Assembly: GCA_963818475.1 (NCBI GenBank)
Contig: CAWFSF010000002.1
Span: 128,001-192,000, forward strand
DNA: 64,000 nt
Direction: 5' to 3'
Source of the DNA: Nitrospirota bacterium
GTDB lineage: Bacteria > Nitrospirota > UBA9217
The notes below the pieces were generated by a model. The model was not told where the DNA came from, did not search any database, and saw only the letters and a program-made list of their open reading frames with translations. The position numbers were made by a program, and so were the translations under genes. Below, in pieces: positions 41,080 through 53,315 of the stretch (position 1 is the first letter of the stretch; each line of letters starts with the position of its first letter).

Positions 41080-43040
41080 TGCTTTTCCCCGATATGGCAT
41101 GCCTCACAGGACCGTGCCGCAAAGGGCGGGTGCATCACTTCCTTGAAGAATTTGGGGTCCTTGGACATATGGGGATCATGGCAACGCCTGCAATTCATCT
41201 GCTTCGCGTCGATCCCAATGTGGGCCTTCGCGAACGATGGACGGGTAAAATCGTGACAGTTGCCGCACAGATCCGGAACCGGCTGAGAGACCAGAGAAGC
41301 CTGGGGCGAGAAATGGGGCATATGGCACGTCAGACAGTTCCCTTCTACCGGAGAATGCACGTTTTCCTTTGCCATCCGTTCCTTCATGTCCTTATGGCAG
41401 GTCAGGCAGAGGTCCGGGCTCGATGCGAGCAGAAGGCTTTTCAACTTCGACTTGTGCGGGCTGTGGCACTTCGAGCACTCACCGTTCGTGACCGGGGTAT
41501 GCCTGCTCTTGCCGTCCTGGACGGCCTTCTTCAGGTCAGGGTGGCAGGTAAAGCAGATCTCCTCCTGTTTTTTCACGATCATCCCCTTGATATTGCTTCC
41601 ATGGGCATCGTGGCACGTGAGGCAATCGCCCCCGGTGAACGGTATATGGTTGGTCCCTCCAACTTCCTCTTTCATGAATTCTCCGTGGCACTGCTTGCAG
41701 AGATCGGAACCCGAGGCTTTCAGGATCCTCGGGATGTCGGAACCGTGGGGATTGTGGCATGCGTTGCACTGGGCATTTACCACCGGCTGATGGACATAGT
41801 TCCTTGCAAATCCAATTTCCGCGTCTGAATGACAGGAGTAGCAGACCTTGTCCATCCTGTCTTTCATCATATTCTGGAAATTCGAGCCGTGGGGATTATG
41901 ACAGGAGGAACACATCTCCGCGTCGAACGGCATATGGGCATTCTTGCTTTTCTTTGCGTCTTTCGTCTTTGCATGGCAGGAAAAACAAAGCTCGCCGTCC
42001 TTTGCCCGAAGCATTTTCTGGTTCTTGGCGGCATGGGGGGCATGGCAGGACAGGCAGCCGTTTCCGGTGGTAACTGCGGCATGGGAGACAGCGGTCTTTT
42101 CGCCCTTGTCGGGATGGCAGCTGAAACACAGCTTGTTGCCGGCATCGGCGAGAAGCTTCATGTTCTCCGAATCATGGGGGTTGTGGCAGGAAAGACACAT
42201 GCCGCCCTGGAAAGGCGCGTGCACGATCTCGCCGCCGGCCTTGAGCCCGGCCTGATCATGGCATTGATAACAAAGCTCCCCTCCGCTCAGGATGGTGCCG
42301 AACGGCTTATCGGATGTTGCGGGATTGTGGCACATGTTGCAGGCAGCGGAAACGAGAGGATTGTGAGCGCTTGTCTTGAGGAGCTTGGCCTGCGCTGAGG
42401 AGTGGGGATTATGACATTTTGTACAGGTCCTGTCCTTGACAGGATACCCGCCGTGCGCTTTTTTGAAAGAAGAATTCTCGCTGTCATGACACGTCATGCA
42501 CAGGGTGGCGGCTGGATTTCGCAGCAGATTGACTTCGTCTGAACCATGCGAAAAATGGCACCCTTTGCAGCCGTCGGTCTGAAGTGGCTTATGTACCACT
42601 TTCTTTTCGAACTGCTCCTTCGCGTGGCACTGATAACAAAGATCGCTCCCTTCGGATTTAAGCAGGTGATCCGACTGAGATGCGTGCGGGTTATGGCAGA
42701 GAGAACATTGCCCATTTTTCAGCGCTGTGTGAACATGAGCCTTGTCGGCCCCGATCTTCTCCTTGCTGTGACAGGCATAGCAGGTTTGATTCCCGATATC
42801 CTTCAGAATGAGCTTGGGGATGATGCCGTGGCGGAGATGGCAATCCTCGCATTTTTTTTCTTTGACGACAACGTGCACATTTTTCATCGAAAAATATTTT
42901 TGCTCGAATTTAGTATGGCAGTCTAAACACTCTTTCCGCTGAAACGTCTGCATTCTTATCTGCGGCTCGCATGCCATCAGAACGAGAGTTCCTGCCAGAA
43001 CAAGCAGCAGCGTCTGTATGAAATATTTTTTATTTTTCAT
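41076..43040 (-). CDS. Multiheme cytochrome c lipoprotein, 26 CxxCH
   Basis: 26 CxxCH motifs counted; lipobox-like LMAC; start MKNKK. Confidence 0.95.
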   Translation of the reverse strand: MKNKKYFIQTLLLVLAGTLVLMACEPQIRMQTFQRKECLDCHTKFEQKYFSMKNVHVVVKEKKCEDCHLRHGIIPKLILKDIGNQTCYACHSKEKIGADKAHVHTALKNGQCSLCHNPHASQSDHLLKSEGSDLCYQCHAKEQFEKKVVHKPLQTDGCKGCHFSHGSDEVNLLRNPAATLCMTCHDSENSSFKKAHGGYPVKDRTCTKCHNPHSSAQAKLLKTSAHNPLVSAACNMCHNPATSDKPFGTILSGGELCYQCHDQAGLKAGGEIVHAPFQGGMCLSCHNPHDSENMKLLADAGNKLCFSCHPDKGEKTAVSHAAVTTGNGCLSCHAPHAAKNQKMLRAKDGELCFSCHAKTKDAKKSKNAHMPFDAEMCSSCHNPHGSNFQNMMKDRMDKVCYSCHSDAEIGFARNYVHQPVVNAQCNACHNPHGSDIPRILKASGSDLCKQCHGEFMKEEVGGTNHIPFTGGDCLTCHDAHGSNIKGMIVKKQEEICFTCHPDLKKAVQDGKSRHTPVTNGECSKCHSPHKSKLKSLLLASSPDLCLTCHKDMKERMAKENVHSPVEGNCLTCHMPHFSPQASLVSQPVPDLCGNCHDFTRPSFAKAHIGIDAKQMNCRRCHDPHMSKDPKFFKEVMHPPFAARSCEACHIGEKQ

Positions 43041-43074
43041 GGGTAGTATCATAGTGAAGTATAGACTGTAATTG

Positions 43075-44775
43075 CTATATGTCAATCCCTTCTATATAGA
43101 CCCTGATATCCGCTCCTGCTCTGAGTTTATCGGCCCAACCCTCCACTCCCTGCTTAATGCGTTCATCGAACAATTGTTTCGCTATCGGAGCCCTGACCGA
43201 CACATAGTCCTGGGTCTGCGATGGGTATACGGCCACTACGGAGATAATGTAAAAATAGCCTTCAGGCCCTGCATAAAGCCTCGAATCTCCCGAACTCACA
43301 CCCGAAAGCGTTGTCTTGAGGTCGTCCGGCAATTCCGGGGTGGTGAAAACATTCCCCGCTAATTTCATAAGGTCTTCAGCATCCTTCTCGACCTGTCCCT
43401 GGGCATGTTCCTTTAACCAGGAAAGCTGGTCTCCGTTTTTGAGTTTCCGCAAAGCCGTTTCCGCACCGCTCCTCTTTTTAAAAGCAATGCTGTCCAGCCT
43501 CATCAGCTCGGATGTAGTATATTCCGCGAAATGCTGTGTGTAATATGCTTTAACTTCGGATTCCATTACGTTTATTTCCGGGAGAACGACCTTCTCAACG
43601 AACACACCGAAGACAACGGAGTTCTCATAATTCTTGACCACCTTTTGATACGAAGCAGCCTTCTTAATATCTTCGACAGCAGCCTCCTTCAAAAGCACTC
43701 TTTTTTCGAGCACCTCGTCAAGAACCATGTGTTTTTTCTCATTCAAGTTCGTTTTTCCGATCGCCCGGTCGATGCCATGAAAGTATTTCTGTCGCAACTC
43801 GTCAGTCAGATCAGACACTTTTACCGGGTCTTCCCCTGCTATTTCAGCGACGACACGCTCGTCTGTCATAAGTTTCTCGAACTTCTCCGGCGAAGACCCG
43901 TAATCAAGACCGTCGAAAACCTCTTTATTGATCTTTACATACTTATTTTTTAAGGACTCGATAAATTCCTGCCTTGCCACGCTCTTCTGCTGCTGCAGTG
44001 CTTCCGTTATTGCCGATTCTTTTTTCTCCGGGGATTCCTCGCGGCGGGCATCGTCCAGTTTTACGAGCGCAAACCCCGCAGGGATATTGATAATCTGGCT
44101 GACCGAGCCTGTCGTCATTGTCAAAAGCGCCTCGCTCAGCCCAGGGAGGATCTCGTCGTTTTTTAAATATCCTTCAGCCTTCCCTCCCTTTGCCTTCCCT
44201 GCGGCAATCGCCTTTTCTGCAAGCTCTTCAAAATTCTTGCCTGTTCTGAGTTCCGCCTCCATCTTCCGCGCGTCATCTTCCTTGGCAAACATGACCGATG
44301 CAAATTTCCATTCCATTATGTTCCTTTTGTAGAGTTTATCAACCATGGCATCATCAGGCTTTATACCCTTTTCATGCTCCTTGATCAGGGCTGTTCTGAG
44401 AGTCTCTCTGGAGTAGCCCTCTACCGATCCTTTGACTTCCGGCAGTTCGTTCAGCCCGATATTTTTTGCTTCCTGCAGAATAAGCCTCGTGTTAACCAAA
44501 CGCTTTACGAGGCCGGCATAATCCACCTTTCCCGGCGTCTTCCCCCCGGCCTTCTGCTCACCGGCTCTTTCCTCTTCAGACATGATGCTGAAGTGCATCG
44601 CTGAAATTTCCTGTTCATATTCTTCCCGGGAGATCGGCTCGCCATTGACGAGCGCCACAGCTTCTTTCCCTTCAAAAAGGGGAAGTTTCGCTGTTGATGT
44701 TGATACACACGCCGTTGTTCCCGTCATCAACACGGCCGCCAAAACAATGACCAAAAGTGCTGGGATTCGTCTCAT
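43075..44775 (-). CDS. SurA/PpiC-type chaperone/peptidyl-prolyl isomerase lipoprotein (duplicated architecture)
   Basis: VALVNGEPIS, LILQEAKNIGL, GKNFEELA, GSVSQII..GFALVK; second half repeats the pattern. Confidence 0.85.
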   Translation of the reverse strand: MRRIPALLVIVLAAVLMTGTTACVSTSTAKLPLFEGKEAVALVNGEPISREEYEQEISAMHFSIMSEEERAGEQKAGGKTPGKVDYAGLVKRLVNTRLILQEAKNIGLNELPEVKGSVEGYSRETLRTALIKEHEKGIKPDDAMVDKLYKRNIMEWKFASVMFAKEDDARKMEAELRTGKNFEELAEKAIAAGKAKGGKAEGYLKNDEILPGLSEALLTMTTGSVSQIINIPAGFALVKLDDARREESPEKKESAITEALQQQKSVARQEFIESLKNKYVKINKEVFDGLDYGSSPEKFEKLMTDERVVAEIAGEDPVKVSDLTDELRQKYFHGIDRAIGKTNLNEKKHMVLDEVLEKRVLLKEAAVEDIKKAASYQKVVKNYENSVVFGVFVEKVVLPEINVMESEVKAYYTQHFAEYTTSELMRLDSIAFKKRSGAETALRKLKNGDQLSWLKEHAQGQVEKDAEDLMKLAGNVFTTPELPDDLKTTLSGVSSGDSRLYAGPEGYFYIISVVAVYPSQTQDYVSVRAPIAKQLFDERIKQGVEGWADKLRAGADIRVYIEGIDI

Positions 44776-45074
44776 GGTAACTCCTTTGTAATTGCAGTCA
44801 TGGCTGATGCAGATTTTCTTTAGACAATTCTTTAGACAAGAGCTTGATATACTAAAGTCATAAGATAGCAATTAATGTACCATTTGCGGCTTCCTCTTAA
44901 ATAAACCCACAACTGATTAATTTTAAAGAAATATCGACACTGGTATGATTATCATCGAAGTATATTAACGGGATATGCCCGGTAAAATGACCACATTTTC
45001 GCCGTCATTTTACCAGACGGGAGCTGAGGATCTGATCTGATCAATATGTCCCATACCATGCTTCCGAGTTAATT

Positions 45075-48000
45075 TTATTTCTGTTTAGCCATTTTTTCAA
45101 CGGCACGTGCCATTTCAGCCGCCAGTGCATGGGCGGTATTGATGCGGCCCCAGTCAAACAAGTAAACAGCATCATCTCCTTCATTGCGACTGCTGGATGA
45201 CCATACCACCTCACGAGTATTCCTGTTGATAAGCAGCAGAGAAAACCCAACCTTTGGCTTGCCAAAAACCCCAGTATGGTCTTGATAATCCAGAACTTTT
45301 CCGCTAAGAATAAGATCAGCTTTCAGTTCGTCTGCAATAAGATCGGCATCAGTGAGGGATATCCCGTCGTACATAATTATCCTGTAATCGAGTAATTTTT
45401 CTTTTATAAGGCCGGGTTCAATGACGCTGAAATGTTTTCCGTTAAAAAGCTCCCGCAAAAAATGCTGCGCCATGATCTCTCCTGCATATTTTCTGTCAGT
45501 GCTATTCGTAAAAGGCATTATTGCAATTCGACGCGGAGCATCATCGTCAATCACCGTAACGGTATGCGACCCGACCTCCCCCGGGGTCGCGTTCACCGAA
45601 GTTCCCAGGGTCGCCACGATCGTCTTATTGTCCTCTTGCAGCGTATTGTTCATGAGGACACTACTGACGCCGGCCGTGGTCGCGCCTGCCTTGATGGTCA
45701 CGGGGTTCGGGGTCATGACCCGGTAGTGCTTCCCGTCAACAGCGGTCCCGCTCACGGTAAAGGGCACGACCACGTCCTTGCCCGATGCGCTGGAGAGCTG
45801 CATGGTCACGGTTGCCGACCCGCCGTTCTCCTGCACGTCCTGTCCCGCCGAGGTGAAGGTGATCGCGGGCGCGGGGTCGTTGTCGATGATCGTACAGGTA
45901 TGGACCGTCTGTTTGCCCAGGACGGCGTTGACGGGGTTTATGAGCGTCGCTTCGATGGTCTCACTGTCTTCGTGGAGGTTGTCGTCGATGATCCCGAGGT
46001 CGATGCTCTTGGCAGTCTCACCGGGCTCGAAAGCGAGGGTGGTGGTTTTCAGGGTATGGTCCCTGCCGGTCTCTGCCGTGCCGCCGGTGACGGCGTATTC
46101 CACGGTCGCTGGTTTGCCGCTGGCCGCGCTTAATGATACTTCGATCTTCGCAGGGCTCTTTCCTTCAGCTTCCTGGGAGCCCTGCAGCATAAAGGAGACA
46201 AGGGGCGCCGGGTCGTTGTCCGTGACGGTTACGGTATGGACCGGGCGTTCGCCCAAAGCTGCATTTTCCGGTTTCCCCAGGGCCACGACGGTCGTCTTGC
46301 TGTCTTCGTAGAGGTTGTTGTCCAGCAGGGCAAGGGTGATGCCGGCCGTGGTCGCGCCTGCCTTGATGGTCACGGGGTTCGGGGTCATGACCCGGTAGTG
46401 CTTCCCGTCAACAGCGGTCCCGCTCACGGTAAAGGGCACGATCACGTCCTTGCCCGATGCGCTGGAGAGCTGCATGGTCACGGTTGCCGACCCGCCGTTC
46501 TCCTGCACGTCCTGTCCCGCCGAGGTGAAGGTGATCGCGGGCGCGGGGTCGTTGTCGATGATCGTATAGGTATGGACCGTCTGTTTGCCCAGGACGGCGT
46601 TGACGGGGTTTATGAGCGTCGCTTCGATGGTCTCGCTGTCTTCGTGGAGGTTGTCGTCGATGATCCCGAGGTCGATGCTCTTGGCAGTCTCACCGGGCTC
46701 GAAAGCGAGGGTGGTGGTTTTCAGGGTATGGTCCCTGCCGGTCTCTGCCGTGCCGCCGGTGACGGCGTATTCCACGGTCGCTGGTTTGCCGCTGGCCGCG
46801 CTTAATGATACTTCGATCTTCGCAGGGCCCTTTCCTTCAGCTTCCTGGGAGCCCTGCAGCACGAAGGAGACAAGGGGCGCCGGGTCGTTGTCCGTGACGG
46901 TTACGGTATGGACCGGGCGTTCGCCTAAAGCTGCATTTTCCGGCGTCCCCAGGGCCACGACGGTCGTCTTGCTGTCTTCGTAGAGGTTGTTGTCCAGCAG
47001 GGCAAGGGTGATGCCGGCCGTGGTCGCGCCTGCCTTGATGGTCACGGGGTTCGGGGTCATGACCCGGTAGTGCTTCCCGTCAACAGCGGTCCCGCTCACG
47101 GTAAAGGGCACGACCACGTCCTTGCCCGATGCGCTGGAGAGCTGCATGGTCACGGTTGCCGACCCGCCGTTCTCCTGCACGTCCTGTCCTGCCGAGGTGA
47201 AGGTGATCGTGGGCGCGGGGTCGTTGTCGATGATCGTACAGGTATGGACCGTCTGTTTGCCCAGGACGGCGTTGACGGGGTTTACGAGCGTCGCTTCGAT
47301 GGTCTCACTGTCTTCGTGGAGGTTGTCGTCGATGATCCCGAGGTCGATGCTCTTGGCAGTCTCACCGGGCTCGAAAGCGAGGGTGGTGGTTTTCAGGGTA
47401 TGGTCCCTGCCGGTCTCTGCCGTGCCGCCGGTGACGGCGTATTCCACGGTCGCTGGTTTGCCGCTGGCCGCGCTTAATGATACTTCGATCTTCGCAGGGC
47501 TCTTTCCTTCAGCTTCCTGGGAGCCCTGCAGCACGAAGGAGACAAGGGGCGCCGGGTCGTTGTCCGTGACGGTTACGGTATGGACCGGGCGTTCGCCCAA
47601 AGCTGCATTTTCCGGTTTCCCCAGGGTCACGACCGCTGTTTCTGTGTTCTCGGAGAGATGATCGTCCTTCGGCTTGATAATGATCGTTCCGCTTGTTTCG
47701 CCTGCCTTGATGAAGAGCGGGGCCGGCGTGATGCTGTAATCGGCACCTTCTTGCGCGGTCCCGCTCACGGTAAAGGGCACGACCACGTCCTTGCCCGATG
47801 CGCTGGAGAGCTGCATGGTCACTGTTGCCGACCCGCCGTTCTCCTGCACGTCCTGTCCCGCCGAGGTGAAGGTGATCGCGGGCGCGGGGTCGTTGTCGAT
47901 GATCGTATAGGTATGGACCGTCTGTTTGCCCAGGACGGCGTTGACGGGGTTCGAGAGCGTCACCTCGATGGTTTTGTTATCATTATATTTCCTGTCGTCG

Positions 48001-51000
48001 ATGATCCTTATATTGATAGTCTTAAATGTCTCGCCTGGGTTAAAGACCACAACGCCGTTCTTCAGCGTGTAATCCCTGTCGCTTGCAGCGCTGCCTCCCG
48101 TGACCGCGTACTCGACCGCGACTTTCTTCCTGCTGGCCAAGCTCAACGAGAGGGATATCTTTGCAGGGTTTTTTCTCTCATAACCTTCAGATCCCGCCAT
48201 GGAGAAGTTTACCGCAGGTTCAGGTTCTTCCATTAAATTTACGTTCGATGGGGTGTTGGTCTTTTTTGCAATCACCCTGTGGCGATGCACAATAAGGCTG
48301 CCCAGGACCGCGTTGACAGGGTTCGAGAGCGTTACCTCGATGGTCCTGTCATTGCCGTACATCCTGTCATCGAAGCCCCCGATGTCGATGACCTTGGACC
48401 TCTCCCCGGGGTCGAAGACAAGCATGCCTTTTTTCAGGGTATCGTCCCGGCCGTTTGCTGCAGTGCCGCCGCCCCTGACCGCATACTCCACCGTGGACCT
48501 CCTGCCGCTCGCCGCGCTCAACGACACTTCGATCTTCGCAGATCTCGCGCCTTCATCTTCTGTGGAGTCCTTCAAGCCAAAGCCGACGGCAGGCGGAGGA
48601 TCGCTTTCTACAACGGTCACCCGGTGCACGGCGCGCGCGCCCGGCGTCGCATTTACCGCCGTCCCTATCGACACCGATATCACGTTGTTATTTTCGTACA
48701 GCTTATTATCTACGAGAACTACGGTGATAATGCCGGTCCTTTCCCCGGCCCTGATGATCAAGGGGTTCGGGGTGCTGACCCGATAGTTCTTCCCGTCAAC
48801 CGCTGTCCCGCTCACGGTAAAGGGCACGAGCACGTCCTTCCCTGAGATTGCAGAGAGCTTTACGGTTACGGCCACCTCTCCGCTGTCCTCTCTGACCTCC
48901 TGTGCCTGCAAAGCGAAGGTCACGGATGGGGTCGGGTCGTTCTCGACAATGGTATAGGTATGGACCGTCTGTTTGCCCAGGACCGCGTTGACCGGGTTCG
49001 CGAGCGTCACTTCGATCGTCTCGCTGTCTTCGTGGAGATTGTCATCAATGATCCCGATGTCGATGTTCTTGGCAGTCTCGCCGGGCTTGAAGTCGAGCGT
49101 GCCGTTTTTCAGGGCATAATCCCTGCCGCTTACAGCCGTGCCGCCCGTGACCGCGTACTCCACCCTGATATTTTTACTGCTCACTGTGCTTAACGATGCG
49201 GTAAGACGAGCGCGCCCAACCGATTCCTTTCCACGGGAAACGGTTGCAGCAAACGAAACGGCAGGGGGGACGTCGTTTTCAATAATGGTATAGGTATGGA
49301 CCGACTGTTTGCCAAGGACCGTGTTAACAGGGTTCGCCAGCGTCACTTCGATGGTCTCGCTGTCTTCGTGGAGGTTGTCGTCGATGATCCCGAGGTCGAT
49401 GCTCTTGGCAGTCTCACCGGGCTCGAAGAGCGAGCGTGCCGTTTCTTTGGGCATAGTCGCTGCTGTTCGCTGCGGTGCCGCCCGTTACCGCATACTGTAC
49501 CGTGGTCCTTCTGCCGACTACTGAGCTCAGCGCGACGTCGAGCCTCGCAGGTGTTACACCTTCATCTCCACCGGATTCCTTCATCGAGAAGGCTACAACG
49601 GGAGGCGGACTGCTCTCAAAAATGGTCAGGCGGTGCACCGGGCGTTCGCCCAAAGCTGCATTTTCCGGTTTCCCCAGGGCCACGACGGTCGTCTTGCTGT
49701 CTTCGTAGAGGTTGTTGTCCAGCAGGGCAAGGGTGATGCCGGCCGTGGTCGCGCCTGCCTTGATGGTCACGGGGTTCGGGGTCATGACCCGGTAGTGCTT
49801 CCCGTCAACAGCGGTCCCGCTCACGGTAAAGGGCACGATCACGTCCTTGCCCGATGCGCTGGAGAGCTGCATGGTCACGGTTGCCGACCCGTCGTTCTCC
49901 TGCACGTCCTGTCCCGCCGAGGTGAAGGTGATCGCAGGCGCGGGGTCGTTGTCGATGATCGTATAGGTATGGACCGTCTGTTTGCCCAGGACGGCGTTGA
50001 CGGGGTTTACGAGCGTCGCTTCGATGGTCTCGCTGTCTTCGTGGAGGTTGTCGTCGATGATCCCGAGGTCGATGCTCTTGGCAGTCTCACCGGGCTCGAA
50101 AGCGAGGGTGGTGGTTTTCAGGGTATGGTCCCTGCCGGTCTCTGCCGTGCCGCCGGTGACGGCGTATTCCACGGTCGCTGGTTTGCCGCTGGCCGCGCTT
50201 AATGATACTTCGATCTTCGCAGGGCTCTTTCCTTCAGCTTCCTGGGAGCCCTGCAGCATAAAGGAGACAAGGGGCGCCGGGTCGTTGTCCGTGACGGTTA
50301 CGGTATGGACCGGGCGTTCTCCCAACGCTGCATTTTCCGGTTTCCCCAGGGCCACGACGGTCGTCTTGCTGTCTTCGTAGAGGTTGTTGTCCAGCAGGGC
50401 AAGGGTGATGCCGGCCGTGGTCGCGCCTGCCTTGATGGTCACGGGGTTCGGGGTCATGACCCGGTAGTGCTTCCCGTCAACAGCGGTCCCGCTCACGGTA
50501 AAGGGCACGATCACGTCCTTGCCCGATGCGCTGGAGAGCTGCATGGTCACGGTTGCCGACCCGTCGTTCTCCTGCACGTCCTGTCCCGCCGAGGTGAAGG
50601 TGATCGCAGGCGCGGGGTCGTTGTCGATGATCGTATAGGTATGGACCGTCTGTTTGCCCAGGACGGCGTTGACGGGGTTTACGAGCGTCGCTTCGATGGT
50701 CTCGCTGTCTTCGTGGAGGTTGTCGTCGATGATCCCGAGGTCGATGCTCTTGGCAGTCTCACCGGGCTCGAAAGCGAGGGTGGTGGTTTTCAGGGTATGG
50801 TCCCTGCCGGTCTCTGCCGTGCCGCCGGTGACGGCGTATTCCACGGTCGTTGGTTTGCCGCTGGCCGCGCTTAATGATACTTCGATCTTCGCAGGGCTCT
50901 TTCCTTCAGCTTCCTGGGAGTCCTGCAGCATGAAGGAGACAAGGGGCGCCGGGTCGTTGTCCGTGACGGTTACGGTATGGACCGGGCGTTCGCCCAAAGC

Positions 51001-52950
51001 TGCATTTTCCGGTTTCCCCAGGGCCACGACGGTCGTCTTGCTGTCTTCGTAGAGGTTGTTGTCCAGCAGGGCAAGGGTGATGCCGGCCGTGGTCGCGCCT
51101 GCCTTGATGGTCACGGGGTTCGGGGTCATGACCCGGTAGTGCTTCCCGTCAACAGCGGTCCCGCTCACGGTAAAGGGCACGATCACGTCCTTGCCCGATG
51201 CGCTGGAGAGCTGCATGGTCACGGTTGCCGACCCGCCGTTCTCCTGCACGTCCTGTCCCGCCGAGGTGAAGGTGATCGTGGGCGCGGGGTCGTTGTCGAT
51301 GATCGTATAGGTATGGACCGTCTGTTTGCCCAGGACGGCGTTGACGGGGTTTACGAGCGTCGCTTCGATGGTCTCGCTGTCTTCGTGGAGGTTGTCGTCG
51401 ATGATCCCGAGGTCGATGCTCTTGGCAGTCTCACCGGGCTCGAAAGCGAGGGTGGTGGTTTTCAGGGTATGGTCCCTGCCGGTCTCTGCCGTGCCGCCGG
51501 TGACGGCGTATTCCACGGTCGCTGGTTTGCCGCTGGCCGCGCTTAATGATACTTCGATCTTCGCAGGGCTCTTTCCTTCAGCTTCCTGGGAGCCCTGCAG
51601 CACGAAGGAGACAAGGGGCGCCGGGTCGTTGTCCGTGACGGTTACGGTATGGACCGGGCGTTCGCCCAAAGCTGCATTTTCCGGTTTCCCCAGGGTCACG
51701 ACCGCTGTTTCTGTGTTCTCGGAGAGATGATCGTCCTTCGGCTTGATAATGATCGTTCCGCTTGTTTCGCCTGCCTTGATGAAGAGCGGGGCCGGCGTGA
51801 TGCTGTAATCGGCACCTTCTTGCGCGGTCCCGCTCACGGTAAAGGGCACGACCACGTCCTTGCCCGATGCGCTGGAGAGCTGCATGGTCACTGTTGCCGA
51901 CCCGCCGTTCTCCTGCACGTCCTGTCCCGCCGAGGTGAAGGTGATCGCGGGCGCGGGGTCGTTGTCGGTGATCGTATAAGTATGGACCGTCTGTTTGCCC
52001 AGGACGGCGTTGACGGGTTTCGAGAGCGTCACCGCAATGGTCCTGTCGCCGCGGTAGAGCTTATCATCGAGGACCCTGATATCGATTTCTTTGGATAACT
52101 CCCCTGGCCCAAAGATCAGGGTGCCGCTTTTCAGGCTATAGTCCCTGCCGGTCTCTGCCGTGCCGCCGGTGACGGCGTATTCCACCGTTACCTTCCTCGG
52201 ACTGGGCGCGCTCAGCGATACATCGATCTTTGCGGGGGACACGCTTTCCTCCCTGCCCAACCTCCGCAACGCAAAATTAACGACAACTTCCCGAAAGCCG
52301 ACTCCGGTCACCGTTGAAACATAGTCGGCCTTGGGTTTGAATTTTCCGTTGTTCTCGTCATAATCTCTCTCGCGGCCGGAGACGAAGCCCGCCAGAGAAC
52401 CTGCAAGCGCGGCCGTAGCCCTGTCAAGAAGGACTTTCTGATCTTCGATCAGGCCAAGGCCGAGAAGACCCGGCGCATCATCGCCGGCCGAGCCGATGCT
52501 GTCAATCCATACAATTTCGGGGCGCTCTCCGGTTGAGACCAGACGCGCTGAGAGGGCGATCTGCGGAGGGTTGTTGTCGTGGTAAAGTTCGAGAGAGGTA
52601 ATGAGCACACCGGCAACTCCGGCCTCCTCCTTGAACGCGCGGGCCATGTCACTGTTGAGTCCGCCGGTATCGCGCATTCTCCGCCGTTCCATGAACTGCG
52701 CAAGCCCGTCCTCTTCCAGGAGATCGAAGCCCTGGCCCTTCAGTTTTTCCGAGAATGACCGCGCTATTTCATCAAGCGGCGCAGGCGAACTGCTGCGGTT
52801 TTCAATGGGCAAAAGCGCAATCCGGCCTAGCCGGTGGAAACCGGTATCACTTGTCAGCCGCCCGTTCACGGACGCGCACCCCGCAAGAAGCGCCAGACCC
52901 GCACAGAGGACCGTGAGGTGCTTATGCAATGTCTTTCCTGAAAGGTTCAT
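45075..52950 (-). CDS. Giant lipoprotein (about 2,624 aa if joined): CsgG/GNA1162-like domain, 20 Calx-beta-like domains, second CsgG/GNA1162-like domain; one extra base near 49428
   Basis: Lipobox LAGC; N-terminal RIALLPIEN and C-terminal RIAIMPFTN domains; repeats VEYAVTGGTA..GxD..L.F.PGET.K.I...IIDD.L.E..ET; GCTCTTCGAG at the junction versus GCTTTCGAG in sister repeats. Confidence 0.88.
45660..47960. repeat. Intragenic tandem repeat, about 672-bp unit (block 2)
   Basis: Near-identical shadow ORFs end at 46133, 46805, 47477 (672-bp spacing). Confidence 0.9.
49637..52187. repeat. Intragenic tandem repeat, about 672-bp unit (block 1)
   Basis: Near-identical shadow ORFs start at 49633, 50305, 50977, 51649. 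Confidence 0.9.
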
Positions 52951-53315
52951 GGCTTTTTCTGTAACGCCCGCCTGTCTCTTTGCTCGTCAAATTATAGGGC
53001 AGCTGCCTGCATGGCCGGAACAGCCTGCGAATCCGTCATTGTCAGGGAAAGGACCTTGTCGGGTGCGTGCTTTGGGGGGTGGCGAAATGTCCCCGGAAAG
53101 AGGATGATTTCACCTTGTCTGCAGCATGTTGTCCGAATAGTCATGCGTGCCGAATCCTGCGGAAACAAAATACGGGCGGCATTTCCCTGCCGCTTCTCTG
53201 GAACAACGGCAAGCTCTTTCCTCGACACGGGAAGGGTCCTTTTCCGCTGTTGACCTTCCCTCAGCAGGCCGGGAAGAGCGTCCGCTAACGGAGAACAGGA
53301 CCGCAGATCGCCTGG

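Noticed and set aside
44981-45014. Hairpin GGTAAAATGAC...GTCATTTTACC as a terminator
   Set aside because: No clear U-tract on the coding strand; function cannot be assigned.
49414-49454. Programmed frameshift in the giant gene
   Set aside because: No slippery heptamer; a single extra C relative to sister repeats, in a window with many similar indels.
45660-52187. Long repeats as CRISPR or a diversity-generating retroelement
   Set aside because: Units are 672-bp in-frame coding repeats without spacers; no reverse transcriptase or cas genes; no adenine-specific pattern noticed.
52951-53315. Small ORFs or an RNA element in the 365-bp gap
   Set aside because: No convincing SD, motif or structure found by eye.
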